From a virus (lineage: Duplodnaviria; Caudoviricetes): a stretch of 29,086 bases of DNA. The DNA lies in IMG/VR virus record IMGVR_UViG_3300020185_000192, positions 1-29,086 of that record; one strand, 5' to 3'. Below the pieces are notes generated by a model, which did not search any database, was not told where the DNA came from, and was given only the letters and a program-made list of their open reading frames with translations. Shown in pieces: positions 1 to 7,975 of the stretch (its first letter is position 1; each line of letters starts with the position of its first letter). A program made the translations under genes and the position numbers.

Positions 1-16
1 ATGATTTCACGCTATT

Positions 17-24
17 ATAAATAT
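17..24 (-). promoter_or_regulatory. ATATTTAT putative late promoter for a gene beyond the left edge
   Basis: Recurrent motif just downstream of the HNH stop. Confidence 0.55.
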
Positions 25-32
25 CTAGTAAT

Positions 33-722
33 TTATAAAAGTTTCACCCCTTTAATTAAATTATCCTCACCCCATAATGGTTGAAGATTCGTTAACAACC
101 AACACTCCTTAAACCCCTCACACTCCGTTGACTCAAATTCAAATGAACTCATTGGTACTATATGGTCTACATGCCACTCCCCATAATTATCCCATGTCAT
201 CCCCTCAGTGAATTGTTTCTCTAAATGTTCCATCAATTCCTCTATCCCATAACCAAGTAATTCAAAAGTAGAACGATACTTAGCCACGTTAGCTTCTTTA
301 AGACATGTATAAACAGCTGTACGTGTTCTTGCGGCTAATCTATACTTTGGGTCATTAGCTCTACGATTACGCTCATAATTACGCTTATACTCATTTACAT
401 GTTCACGATTATCTTTATTCCATTGTCTATAGTACTCTTTACGGTGTTCTTTATTCTCCTTAGACCATTCTTTATGGTATTCACTTCGTTTAACCTTAAT
501 TTCTGGTTTAGATTCATATCTTTTCTGGGCGGCAGACTTACCACCGATATTCCTTCTACCAGACGGACCCATTTCCACACCATTTTCTTTAAGGGTTCTT
601 ATTATAATTTTTTTATGGTAACCCATCTTATCAGATATAGATGGTGAACCTAATAATTCTTCTGTATAAAGTCTAATTACTTCATTTATTTCTATTTTTG
701 TTAATTCTATTTTTTTACTCAT
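33..722 (-). CDS. HNH-family endonuclease (putative free-standing homing endonuclease)
   Basis: C-terminal WDNYGEWHVDHIVP...NLQPLWGEDNLIKG HNH-type motif; N-terminal helix-turn-helix-like segment and basic helical repeats; lies just downstream of the capsid gene. Confidence 0.8.
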   Translation of the reverse strand: MSKKIELTKIEINEVIRLYTEELLGSPSISDKMGYHKKIIIRTLKENGVEMGPSGRRNIGGKSAAQKRYESKPEIKVKRSEYHKEWSKENKEHRKEYYRQWNKDNREHVNEYKRNYERNRRANDPKYRLAARTRTAVYTCLKEANVAKYRSTFELLGYGIEELMEHLEKQFTEGMTWDNYGEWHVDHIVPMSSFEFESTECEGFKECWLLTNLQPLWGEDNLIKGVKLL

Positions 723-768
723 ATTATCTTAATACGAACAATAGTTTAAATGGTTACATATACAACAC

Positions 769-797
769 AAAAAAGCCCTCACTAAGTGAAGGCTTTT
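769..797 (-). terminator. Intrinsic terminator after the major capsid gene (possibly bidirectional)
   Basis: Minus strand AAAAGCCTTCAC-TTA-GTGAGGGCTTTTTT hairpin with T tract. Confidence 0.8.
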
Positions 798-822
798 AAG
801 TTTATATAAGATTATATTTCTA

Positions 823-2625
823 TTATCTAAGCTCTGCAATGTTGAATGTAGGTACTCCGTCCACTCTAACATGCCCGTAAAACCTATTATTTACGACTTT
901 TTTCGCATAACGTGTCATAATCCCCTTCACTGGTGCGAAGTTAAATGGATTGTACATTGTAGGCGTTAATTGCATTGGTACATAAGGAGCGTAGATGTAA
1001 CCTGTGTCTAAAAGAGATTTTCCTTTGTGACCGATAATCATAGAATATGACGGTGCATAAGGGTCTCTGTAAACTTGGTATCTTCCAGAAAGAGAACCAA
1101 CTCTTTCAATTCCCATGTTATATTGGTCTTGCTCTGGAGCAGCATCAGATACGTGGAAGTATTCTAAGTCATCCATAACAGCTGAAATTTCAGAAGAAAC
1201 TACGATGAAGTTTGCACCACCTCTTAGTGTACTTTTGTGAATTTGAGCAGAAACTTGATTCACTTTCGTGATTAAAGTTTGGTTCCAATCTTTTTGTGTA
1301 TAAGGACTAGCAGCAGAAGAAGCTTTTCTCCATCCGTTATAATCCCATCTAAGAGTCCAAGCAGCAGCTTTTCTAATATCTCTAAGAATCTCTCTATCGA
1401 TTTCAGCAGCAACTTGCTCAGAAAGCATAGCAGTTAATTCAGCTTCAGCATCAATGTTGTGGAATGCACTAACATCTTGCGCTAATTCTGGAGACCATGT
1501 AGCTCTTAATTTTCTTTCTTCAACAGCAACAACAACTTCGTCTAATTTGAAAGATACTTCTCCCATTTCAGTCTCAAGTTCTAATGAAGCATATTGCGTC
1601 CAAGATACAGAGAAGTCAGCTTGTGTATAAGCAGATTGTGTTGCATCCATAATTGCACCTACATAACCATCATAAGTCGCAGTACCACCATTAGCAGAAA
1701 CTGGATGAGTTAAATCAAGTTCAATATATAAATCACCAGCAGCATCACAAATGTCATCATATTCAACAATACCTTTTCCGTATTTTTGAGTTACAAGTCT
1801 CATTGGAACTTCAGCAGCAGCAGCAATAATAGTTTCACCATCTTGGTCAATTAATATATTATCAGAAGTAGCTTTTAAAGAAGCTAAGAAAGCTTCAGTA
1901 TCCATTTCGTTACCATCTGGTCCCGTTAATCTACCTTTATCTCTACCAGCACCAAAACCAGTTACTTTAATGATAGCACTTCTAAGAGAACCATCAGTAG
2001 CAGTAGGTAAATCAGCTAATTCAGTAGCAACAGTAAATACACCATCAGCACCTAACGTTTGTAACGCAAGAACTGGGTTAGTAAAAATAGTTACAGTACC
2101 TTTAGAATTGTCAAACATACCATCATTGTAAAATAAATCATAAAGAGATTTAGCTTTCATTGAAGTTGCAGCACAGTTTCCAGCTACATCAACGCAATCT
2201 GGTAAACCTTCAGCAGCCATAGATGTATGAGCAGAAAAAGTTCCACCATCAACATAAGGGTCACCAGCAGCTCCAGAACCATCAACTCTATTAGAAGTTT
2301 GAGGAACGAAGAAGAATAACTTCCCGATTGGCATATTCATAGCTTGTACTGATACGATATCATTAGCTAATAATTTACTGAATACTCTCCTTACGATAGG
2401 GAATACTACAGTTTCGAAAGAACCAGAAGACGATGCATCTGTACTTTCAGTTAATAAAGAAGACGCTTGGTTCTCAAATAATTGAGCAACGTTTTCTTTA
2501 ACGTGACCTTTAAGTCCTTCTAAGAACCCTAAAGAATCCCATTTTGTTTGGGTTTGTTTACGAATAGCCTTCATGTGGTTTAATCCGATGTTTCCAACTT
2601 GCCCAGAATTTAATAAATGTGACAT
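823..2625 (-). CDS. gp23: Major capsid protein, T4 gp23-like
   Basis: gp23 motifs: LANDIVSVQAMNMPIGKLF, RKLRATWSPELAQDVSAFHNIDAEAELTAMLSEQVAAEIDREI, GYIYAPYVP, PVKGIMTRYA; probable maturation site LLTE near the N-terminus. Confidence 0.95.
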   Translation of the reverse strand: MSHLLNSGQVGNIGLNHMKAIRKQTQTKWDSLGFLEGLKGHVKENVAQLFENQASSLLTESTDASSSGSFETVVFPIVRRVFSKLLANDIVSVQAMNMPIGKLFFFVPQTSNRVDGSGAAGDPYVDGGTFSAHTSMAAEGLPDCVDVAGNCAATSMKAKSLYDLFYNDGMFDNSKGTVTIFTNPVLALQTLGADGVFTVATELADLPTATDGSLRSAIIKVTGFGAGRDKGRLTGPDGNEMDTEAFLASLKATSDNILIDQDGETIIAAAAEVPMRLVTQKYGKGIVEYDDICDAAGDLYIELDLTHPVSANGGTATYDGYVGAIMDATQSAYTQADFSVSWTQYASLELETEMGEVSFKLDEVVVAVEERKLRATWSPELAQDVSAFHNIDAEAELTAMLSEQVAAEIDREILRDIRKAAAWTLRWDYNGWRKASSAASPYTQKDWNQTLITKVNQVSAQIHKSTLRGGANFIVVSSEISAVMDDLEYFHVSDAAPEQDQYNMGIERVGSLSGRYQVYRDPYAPSYSMIIGHKGKSLLDTGYIYAPYVPMQLTPTMYNPFNFAPVKGIMTRYAKKVVNNRFYGHVRVDGVPTFNIAELR

Positions 2626-2662
2626 AATTTTTATTTTTTTTTATTTTTATTTATTTTTATTA

Positions 2663-4171
2663 TTATTTATTATCGACTCTTTTCATAAGGTCCATAATTC
2701 TTGAAGTTTCTTTATCAACATAAGCAGTACTTTCGTTTAATTGCTTAGAAGAGCTAGATGTTACTTCTTTATTCATTTTATTTCCAATTGATTCGTTCAT
2801 TGGTTTTCTTGAACCTAATTCACTTGCAATTGTTTTATATAACTTTTTCGATTCCTTAAGAGTTGAAACTTCATTATCAAATCTATTAAAGATTCCTTCT
2901 TTTTCATCTCTTGTAGTGGAATGTTCCATAAATAACTTAGTTGTATAAGTTAAATTAGAATTAAAAACTACTGTCTCCGCTAACATTGTTCTAAATTGCT
3001 TAAGTGCTTTCTTGTACTCGCCATTCTTAGCCTTAAGGTCTTTAGCCTCTGTTAATAGAGTATTATATTTTTTGTTAGATTCGTTAACTTTTTCTCCAGC
3101 TGGTTTATACTTATCAGCAACTGGGTTTTTACTCCCTTTTTGTTTTGGTAAAGCATAAGCACCTTTAGTTCTAGCAATTTCAGATACTCCTTCACCTTCA
3201 GCAACTCCATCTTCTTCAGTTAAATCATTTTCATTACAGTCTTCGTCAACTTCTTTTTCATTCATTACCATTTGACCTTCACCCTTACCGTGCGCTTGGT
3301 CTTCTTCAAATCCACCTTCTAAGTTATCACCAGCCCAGTTATCATCTTTTTTGTTTCCTACTGGAGCAGTAACATCATCAATGCCTCCTGTTTGTAAAGT
3401 ATTTTCATCTAACGCTATTTCATACACAACATTTTCTTCATCTTCTTCGTCACCGATTGCATCTAAATCAACTTCTCCATCTACAGCATCAACTGCATCT
3501 AAATCCATATCACCATCTACATCGTCAATGTCCATATCAACATCCATTTCCACTTCTCCATCTACAGCATCAACTGCATCTAAATCCATTTCTATATCAT
3601 CTGAATAATCATCCTCCACTTCTGGAGTACTCTCGCCAGTTTTTATTACAAACTCGCCTGGTTCATTAACTGTAAGTTTTACCTCACCAGCTTCGTCATC
3701 GACTACTACTTCGATTTCATCATCACCAGTTAACTTTTTGTAAACTGAGATAACGTCTTCATCAGATGCCATCGTCATATCCATCTCAACTTCATCGTCT
3801 GATGCTACCGCATCCATTCCAGATTCGTAATCACCTTCAAGGTCACCACCTATTTCTAAGTCTTCGATTTCTTTATCACCAGTTAGTTCAGCATCTAAAT
3901 CAAGTTCCATATCATCTCCTTCTGGAGCTTCTACTTCTTCTGGTTCTTCTGCATCCATATCATCTCCTTCTGGAGCTTCCATTTCTTCTGGTTCTACTGC
4001 CTCAACATCCTCTTCTGTATAATCTTCTTTTAAAGATTCTTTCACTAATTCGTCAATTTCTTCTTTCGCAACGGAACGAAGTATTTCTTTCGAGTTGGCA
4101 TTTAGAGCTTCCTGGATTCTTTTCGCATCCATTATTGCTTCTTCTAAAATTGATTTTTTTTTATCAGCCAT
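2663..4171 (-). CDS. Prohead scaffold/core protein (very acidic)
   Basis: Lies between protease and capsid genes; D/E-rich low-complexity centre, coiled-coil termini, many [LIVM]-x-E sites (VKES, LKED, VNES, LLTEA, TLKES, QLNES). Confidence 0.8.
   Translation of the reverse strand: MADKKKSILEEAIMDAKRIQEALNANSKEILRSVAKEEIDELVKESLKEDYTEEDVEAVEPEEMEAPEGDDMDAEEPEEVEAPEGDDMELDLDAELTGDKEIEDLEIGGDLEGDYESGMDAVASDDEVEMDMTMASDEDVISVYKKLTGDDEIEVVVDDEAGEVKLTVNEPGEFVIKTGESTPEVEDDYSDDIEMDLDAVDAVDGEVEMDVDMDIDDVDGDMDLDAVDAVDGEVDLDAIGDEEDEENVVYEIALDENTLQTGGIDDVTAPVGNKKDDNWAGDNLEGGFEEDQAHGKGEGQMVMNEKEVDEDCNENDLTEEDGVAEGEGVSEIARTKGAYALPKQKGSKNPVADKYKPAGEKVNESNKKYNTLLTEAKDLKAKNGEYKKALKQFRTMLAETVVFNSNLTYTTKLFMEHSTTRDEKEGIFNRFDNEVSTLKESKKLYKTIASELGSRKPMNESIGNKMNKEVTSSSSKQLNESTAYVDKETSRIMDLMKRVDNK
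3471..3589. repeat. 38-bp exact direct repeat inside the scaffold gene (encodes MDLDAVDAVDGEV twice)
   Basis: acttctccatctacagcatcaactgcatctaaatccat at 3471-3508 and 3552-3589. Confidence 0.9.
3908..3979. repeat. 24-bp direct repeat inside the scaffold gene (EAPEGDDM twice)
   Basis: catatcatctccttctggagcttc at 3908-3931 and 3956-3979. Confidence 0.85.
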
Positions 4172-4231
4172 TTTTTTAAATATTAATTTATATTTTTATG
4201 TAAGCGGATGAATATTTATTTCCGCTTGTTA

Positions 4232-4239
4232 ATAAATAT
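4232..4239 (-). promoter_or_regulatory. ATATTTAT putative late promoter upstream of scaffold-capsid genes
   Basis: Same octamer recurs upstream of at least 12 genes in the window. Confidence 0.7.
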
Positions 4240-4278
4240 ATCTTTTTTATATAAAAAGACATTTTTTTTTATTTTTTT

Positions 4279-4977
4279 TTAATCTAACAAAAATTTATTA
4301 ATCTTATCGACCAATAGATTTTTCTTTTCATCAATAGATTCTGTAAATTGTTTTGCTTCCTTATGGTCTTTAAACATCCAAGAGCCAGGTGTACTTGGGG
4401 ACGTTACAACGTCCCAACAAATCAACTCAAAATCATCTTGAACAATGTTCTGTCCATTTACCTCTTTAAGTGAGCCAACCCCCCTTGAAGAAACACCAAT
4501 CATAATATTATTTCTAACTAAGTTAGCAACCTCATCACCCTTACAAGAAATTATACCTTGATTAACGTATCCTGGTGACATAAGAATTTCCATCTTACCC
4601 ATGAGCGTTTTATTCTCCCACCATGTTTCAATAATGTTATGTGATATTCTATCACCAGCAATAATAGAAGATTCTGGGTGGTCTAATTCGCCTAATGCTC
4701 TTCTCTCTTTAATAAGTTGTTGATAGTTGTTGTTTTCTCTTACAAGAATATCTTTAGGATAGATTCTCCCATTCCTGTTTTGAACTCCCCACTTCTGTAA
4801 TACTACATAAAGTACCAATGGGTCAGCGATAACTTGTGAACCGCTGTTAATCTTTTTAATCTCGTTTACAAAGTCTTTGTTTCTTTCGTCACTTGGGTTA
4901 ACAAAACCAGCGTCTTGTTCGATAAGCATCATTCTCTCATTAAGAGTATTTCTTTTATTTAATTCGTAATTTTCCAT
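4279..4977 (-). CDS. gp21: Prohead (capsid maturation) protease, T4 gp21-like
   Basis: Motifs QNRNGRIYP, RALGELDHP, IGVSSRGVGSL, FELICWDVVTSPSTPGS; start reassigned to the ATG at 4977 (MENYEL...), 1 nt after the upstream stop. Confidence 0.93.
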   Translation of the reverse strand: MENYELNKRNTLNERMMLIEQDAGFVNPSDERNKDFVNEIKKINSGSQVIADPLVLYVVLQKWGVQNRNGRIYPKDILVRENNNYQQLIKERRALGELDHPESSIIAGDRISHNIIETWWENKTLMGKMEILMSPGYVNQGIISCKGDEVANLVRNNIMIGVSSRGVGSLKEVNGQNIVQDDFELICWDVVTSPSTPGSWMFKDHKEAKQFTESIDEKKNLLVDKINKFLLD

Positions 4978-4978
4978 A

Positions 4979-5677
4979 TTATGTTTTATATTTCCATTTA
5001 AACCCACCAGCACTTTTTTTCCTACCAGCACAAACATCACCGATAGTACAACGATTAATATTTAATCCTTTAGAAGCGATTATTAACCCACTCCATTCTT
5101 TTATTATTTTACCATCTAAATCAAATTGAATTATAGGTCTATATTTTTTACTTGATTCTGACCTAACTTTACCATACATTGAATTATTTTCACCACACCT
5201 ATCTTTAGACATTTTATTTTTAGTTTCTTGAGTGTGTTGTGTGTTTAGTCTAGCTTTTGAGATTTTGTCCTTAGTCTCTTGACTCATCTTTTTACCTTTT
5301 TTACTTTTTGATATCTTTTCATTAACAATAGTTCCTAAATTACCACCTTCACCTCCATCGGCAATATTAGTAAGACTTAAACCCTTTTCTCTTAATTCAT
5401 TAATTAATTTACGTTCAGATTCACCCCACTTACTTTCTGGAACTACTTTATAAATTTCTAATATGGGAATTTGATTTCGTTTTAATAAAGATTGTATCCA
5501 ATTATCTTTATGTGTATTCTTTTGTTTAGATTTTCTAATATGTTCTTTAAGTCGTTTATAGACATCCTCAGACTTACCAACATATCTAACCTCACCAGTA
5601 TCTGGTTCGTTAAGTGTGTATAAATAAACAACACTTACACTTTGACCTGGTTTAATTATTTTTATTTCATCTGACAT
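4979..5677 (-). CDS. GIY-YIG homing endonuclease with NUMOD3/NUMOD1-type DNA-binding modules
   Basis: YLY...RYVGKS...RLKEH GIY-YIG core, LTNIADGGEG, repeats SQETKDKISK / HTQETKNKMSK / GENNSMYGK, C-terminal IIQFDLDGKIIKEW...KSAGGFKWKY. Confidence 0.9.
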   Translation of the reverse strand: MSDEIKIIKPGQSVSVVYLYTLNEPDTGEVRYVGKSEDVYKRLKEHIRKSKQKNTHKDNWIQSLLKRNQIPILEIYKVVPESKWGESERKLINELREKGLSLTNIADGGEGGNLGTIVNEKISKSKKGKKMSQETKDKISKARLNTQHTQETKNKMSKDRCGENNSMYGKVRSESSKKYRPIIQFDLDGKIIKEWSGLIIASKGLNINRCTIGDVCAGRKKSAGGFKWKYKT

Positions 5678-5694
5678 ATTAATAGTTTATAGTT

Positions 5695-5702
5695 ATAAAT
5701 AT
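5695..5702 (-). promoter_or_regulatory. ATATTTAT putative late promoter upstream of the endonuclease/protease pair
   Basis: Recurrent motif, 17 nt upstream of the ATG at 5677. Confidence 0.7.
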
Positions 5703-5714
5703 ATCAGATAGCAT

Positions 5715-5743
5715 AAAAAACCCAGAAACAATGTTCTGGGTTT
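5715..5743 (-). terminator. Intrinsic terminator
   Basis: Minus strand AAACCCAGAAC-ATTGT-TTCTGGGTTTTTT. Confidence 0.8.
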
Positions 5744-5749
5744 AATTAA

Positions 5750-6190
5750 TTAATTTTTACCTCTATAGTAATCAAAGAATATTTGATTATCAAATACATT
5801 ACAAACTATATCATTTAGTATTTGATTTAAGGATTTCTCTATCTCTTTCTCTTGTATTTTTAAACGGTGTTTTTGATAAAAAGTTATTTCACAATTCATA
5901 TAACTTCTCTTACCGTATATTATTCCAGACTCCCTCATATCGAAATCCACAATACTTCTTTCGGGATTAAATAGCTCAGAATCTAGATTATCATGTAATT
6001 CTTTTTTTATTCTTTTGGTTAGTTTTTTAATTACTGAACTGTAATTAACACCCTCTTTATTTAAGGGGTCAGCCCAAGCCGAAATACTTACATAAATTGC
6101 CTTTGGATTCTTGTTATCAACAGTACCAGTGACTATGTTGTAATTCGTGTGATTCTTTACCATTAATTGTTTTCCTTTCTTAGTTATCAT
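5750..6190 (-). CDS. Hypothetical phage protein (146 aa)
   Basis: Start reassigned to the ATG at 6190 (MITKKGKQ) after an A-rich leader; the upstream extension in the ORF track is low-complexity intergenic sequence. Confidence 0.75.
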   Translation of the reverse strand: MITKKGKQLMVKNHTNYNIVTGTVDNKNPKAIYVSISAWADPLNKEGVNYSSVIKKLTKRIKKELHDNLDSELFNPERSIVDFDMRESGIIYGKRSYMNCEITFYQKHRLKIQEKEIEKSLNQILNDIVCNVFDNQIFFDYYRGKN

Positions 6191-6248
6191 ATTAATCTTT
6201 TTTTTATTAAATGTAAATAAAAAAAATGAGAAAGTCAAATATATATTT

Positions 6249-6383
6249 TTACTTCTCAACCCAATCTTCTAAAGATTTAATTGTTGTAGATAAAAGCATG
6301 ATAACAGCTCTATATGGGTTCACGTTTGAAGCTGGTCTTATATCCCCAAAATAACCCTTACCATCTAATTTAGTTTGTATTTG
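6249..6383 (-). pseudogene. glnII: C-terminal relic of glutamine synthetase type II
   Basis: Manual translation QIQTKLDGKGYFGDIRPASNVNPYRAVIMLLSTTIKSLEDWVEK* resembles the GSII signature (D)GKGYFEDRRPASNxDPY; no start codon at its 5' end, preceded by two in-frame TAA stops. Confidence 0.75.
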
Positions 6384-6386
6384 TTA

Positions 6387-6722
6387 TTAACTTTTAAATA
6401 ACGCTATGAATATTCCGAAACCTACCTGAACCACTGTCCATACAGTTATAGCTACAGTTTTAAAAACATTTAACGAAGCTACATCTTTTTTAATTTCTTT
6501 TAGTGTATTAGGACTAGCTATATCGTCCATATAACGCTTCCACTTACCTATTGCTTCCAAATCCCTTTCTATCGTATCTACCTTACCTAGTTTTAGGTTA
6601 ATCTCATTAAGGGTCTCTTGAATCTTCTCATCGTTATCATTCAACCTTTCTAGTTCAGCCAATACTAATTTAGAATACTCATTCCACCCATTCTGTGGGA
6701 CTCCTTCCTTACTCATCTCCAT
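6387..6722 (-). CDS. Small coiled-coil protein with C-terminal transmembrane helix (holin/XhlA-like architecture)
   Basis: Heptad-like N-terminal region (LAELERLNDNDEKIQETLNEINLKL), hydrophobic C-terminus VFKTVAITVWTVVQVGFGIFIALF. Confidence 0.65.
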   Translation of the reverse strand: MEMSKEGVPQNGWNEYSKLVLAELERLNDNDEKIQETLNEINLKLGKVDTIERDLEAIGKWKRYMDDIASPNTLKEIKKDVASLNVFKTVAITVWTVVQVGFGIFIALFKS

Positions 6723-6724
6723 TT

Positions 6725-7174
6725 CTATAAGTTTGTTAAATCTATGTGCATACCAACCATCTTGATTGGCTCACCATTATTATTCCATTCTATAACCTTT
6801 CCCCTACAAAGTATTTTAACTTCATGTCCATTTTTATGTTTATATCTAGCCACAATTCTAAATGGATAATCACCATTACTATCGATATGTTTTTTTAATT
6901 CACAGTTCATCTTATCCAAATCATCATTTAACATTAAATCATTCCAGGTTTCTGGGGTATTAGGTAACTCATGGTCTTTGTACCCTAGTTGAAGTTTGTA
7001 GTTAGGGCTTAAGAACGCTGTACCATGTTCCATATCCCATTCCCATAACCCATCAGAACTTGCTTCAAGTATAGCCTCTAAAGTGTCTTTTCTTCTGAAT
7101 ACAGAAGTGTCTCTAATAGTTAACTGTTCCACTAAAACTTTTAATTTATTTATGTTTTCTGATTTAGATGACAT
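6725..7174 (-). CDS. Stand-alone PAS domain protein (PAS_3-like)
   Basis: ILEASSDGLWEWD...FLSPNYKLQLGY...W...DD...RYKHKNG...ILCRGKVIEWNNNGEPIKMVGMHIDLT is the classical PAS/PAC pattern of sensor kinases and diguanylate cyclases; no output domain. Confidence 0.88.
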   Translation of the reverse strand: MSSKSENINKLKVLVEQLTIRDTSVFRRKDTLEAILEASSDGLWEWDMEHGTAFLSPNYKLQLGYKDHELPNTPETWNDLMLNDDLDKMNCELKKHIDSNGDYPFRIVARYKHKNGHEVKILCRGKVIEWNNNGEPIKMVGMHIDLTNL

Positions 7175-7175
7175 A

Positions 7176-7928
7176 TTACATTAAATCTTCTTTTAAATCT
7201 AATATTTTAAATATGTCTTTATCAAAACTTTCTTTAATATATTTTCTATTTAATAAATTATCTTTAACGGACAGTAAACTTTCTTTTAAATCAGTGTTAG
7301 CGTCTTTAAGTTTATCGTTAACTAATACTAAACATTCTTTAACTGTTTTTGAAAATAAAGCAATGTTATATGTTTCATTATTTTCTATAATTACCTTAAG
7401 TGTATCTATTTGTGATTCCGTTAAGTCACTATACTTCTCATTGAATCTATCAACAACTAAAGGTGCAAATATTTTATTAGATATACCAACACCCTCATTA
7501 ACTTGTCTATATACATTTGATTTAACATACTCTATAGTTTCGTTTAATGAATCAACAAACTTATTGATATTCTTAGAGAAAATCATATTAGTAATATTCT
7601 CATGTAGTTTATCGTTTACATAAGACTCTTTAACGGTTCTGCCGTTAGCTAACTTAAATAAAGTAGTATTAGCTTCTAATATATCTTGTCTATCATACGA
7701 CTTTAATAAATCGATATTTCTCTTTATCTTTTCACTAGCTTTAAATTGGTTATCCTCCGTCAATGATTCGATTGATGTGTATATATTGAATTGAGTTTTT
7801 AATATCTCATTTTCCTTAATCATTTTTAAATAGTTCTTAAAGGCATCTCTCTTATCGGCATTCTTAGAGCCCATAGATTCTGATAACATTGTATTAAAAA
7901 CATTTTTAATTTTACCGAAATTTCTCAT
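7176..7928 (-). CDS. Putative prohead core/head assembly protein
   Basis: Immediately downstream of portal; helical, many x-x-E sites (MLSES, IKEN, VKES, VNEG, LTES, LKES); ATATTTAT motif upstream. Confidence 0.6.
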   Translation of the reverse strand: MRNFGKIKNVFNTMLSESMGSKNADKRDAFKNYLKMIKENEILKTQFNIYTSIESLTEDNQFKASEKIKRNIDLLKSYDRQDILEANTTLFKLANGRTVKESYVNDKLHENITNMIFSKNINKFVDSLNETIEYVKSNVYRQVNEGVGISNKIFAPLVVDRFNEKYSDLTESQIDTLKVIIENNETYNIALFSKTVKECLVLVNDKLKDANTDLKESLLSVKDNLLNRKYIKESFDKDIFKILDLKEDLM

Positions 7929-7947
7929 AGTTAAATCTTTTATAATA

Positions 7948-7955
7948 ATAAATAT
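7948..7955 (-). promoter_or_regulatory. ATATTTAT putative late promoter
   Basis: Recurrent motif, 19 nt upstream of the ATG at 7928. Confidence 0.7.
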
Positions 7956-7975
7956 CTATTTTATAGATAAAACAC

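Noticed and set aside
2628-2665. T-rich microsatellite-like tract between scaffold and capsid genes
   Set aside because: Reads as an A-rich translation leader on the coding strand, as expected for SD-independent initiation
4920-5640. Group I intron or intein interrupting the prohead protease
   Set aside because: The endonuclease ORF occupies essentially the whole insert and ends in a stop, leaving no room for a ribozyme core; no intein Cys/Ser...His-Asn termini
6249-6722. Read-through fusion of the TM protein to the glutamine synthetase relic
   Set aside because: Same frame, but separated by two consecutive TAA codons, and the relic has lost conserved active-site residues
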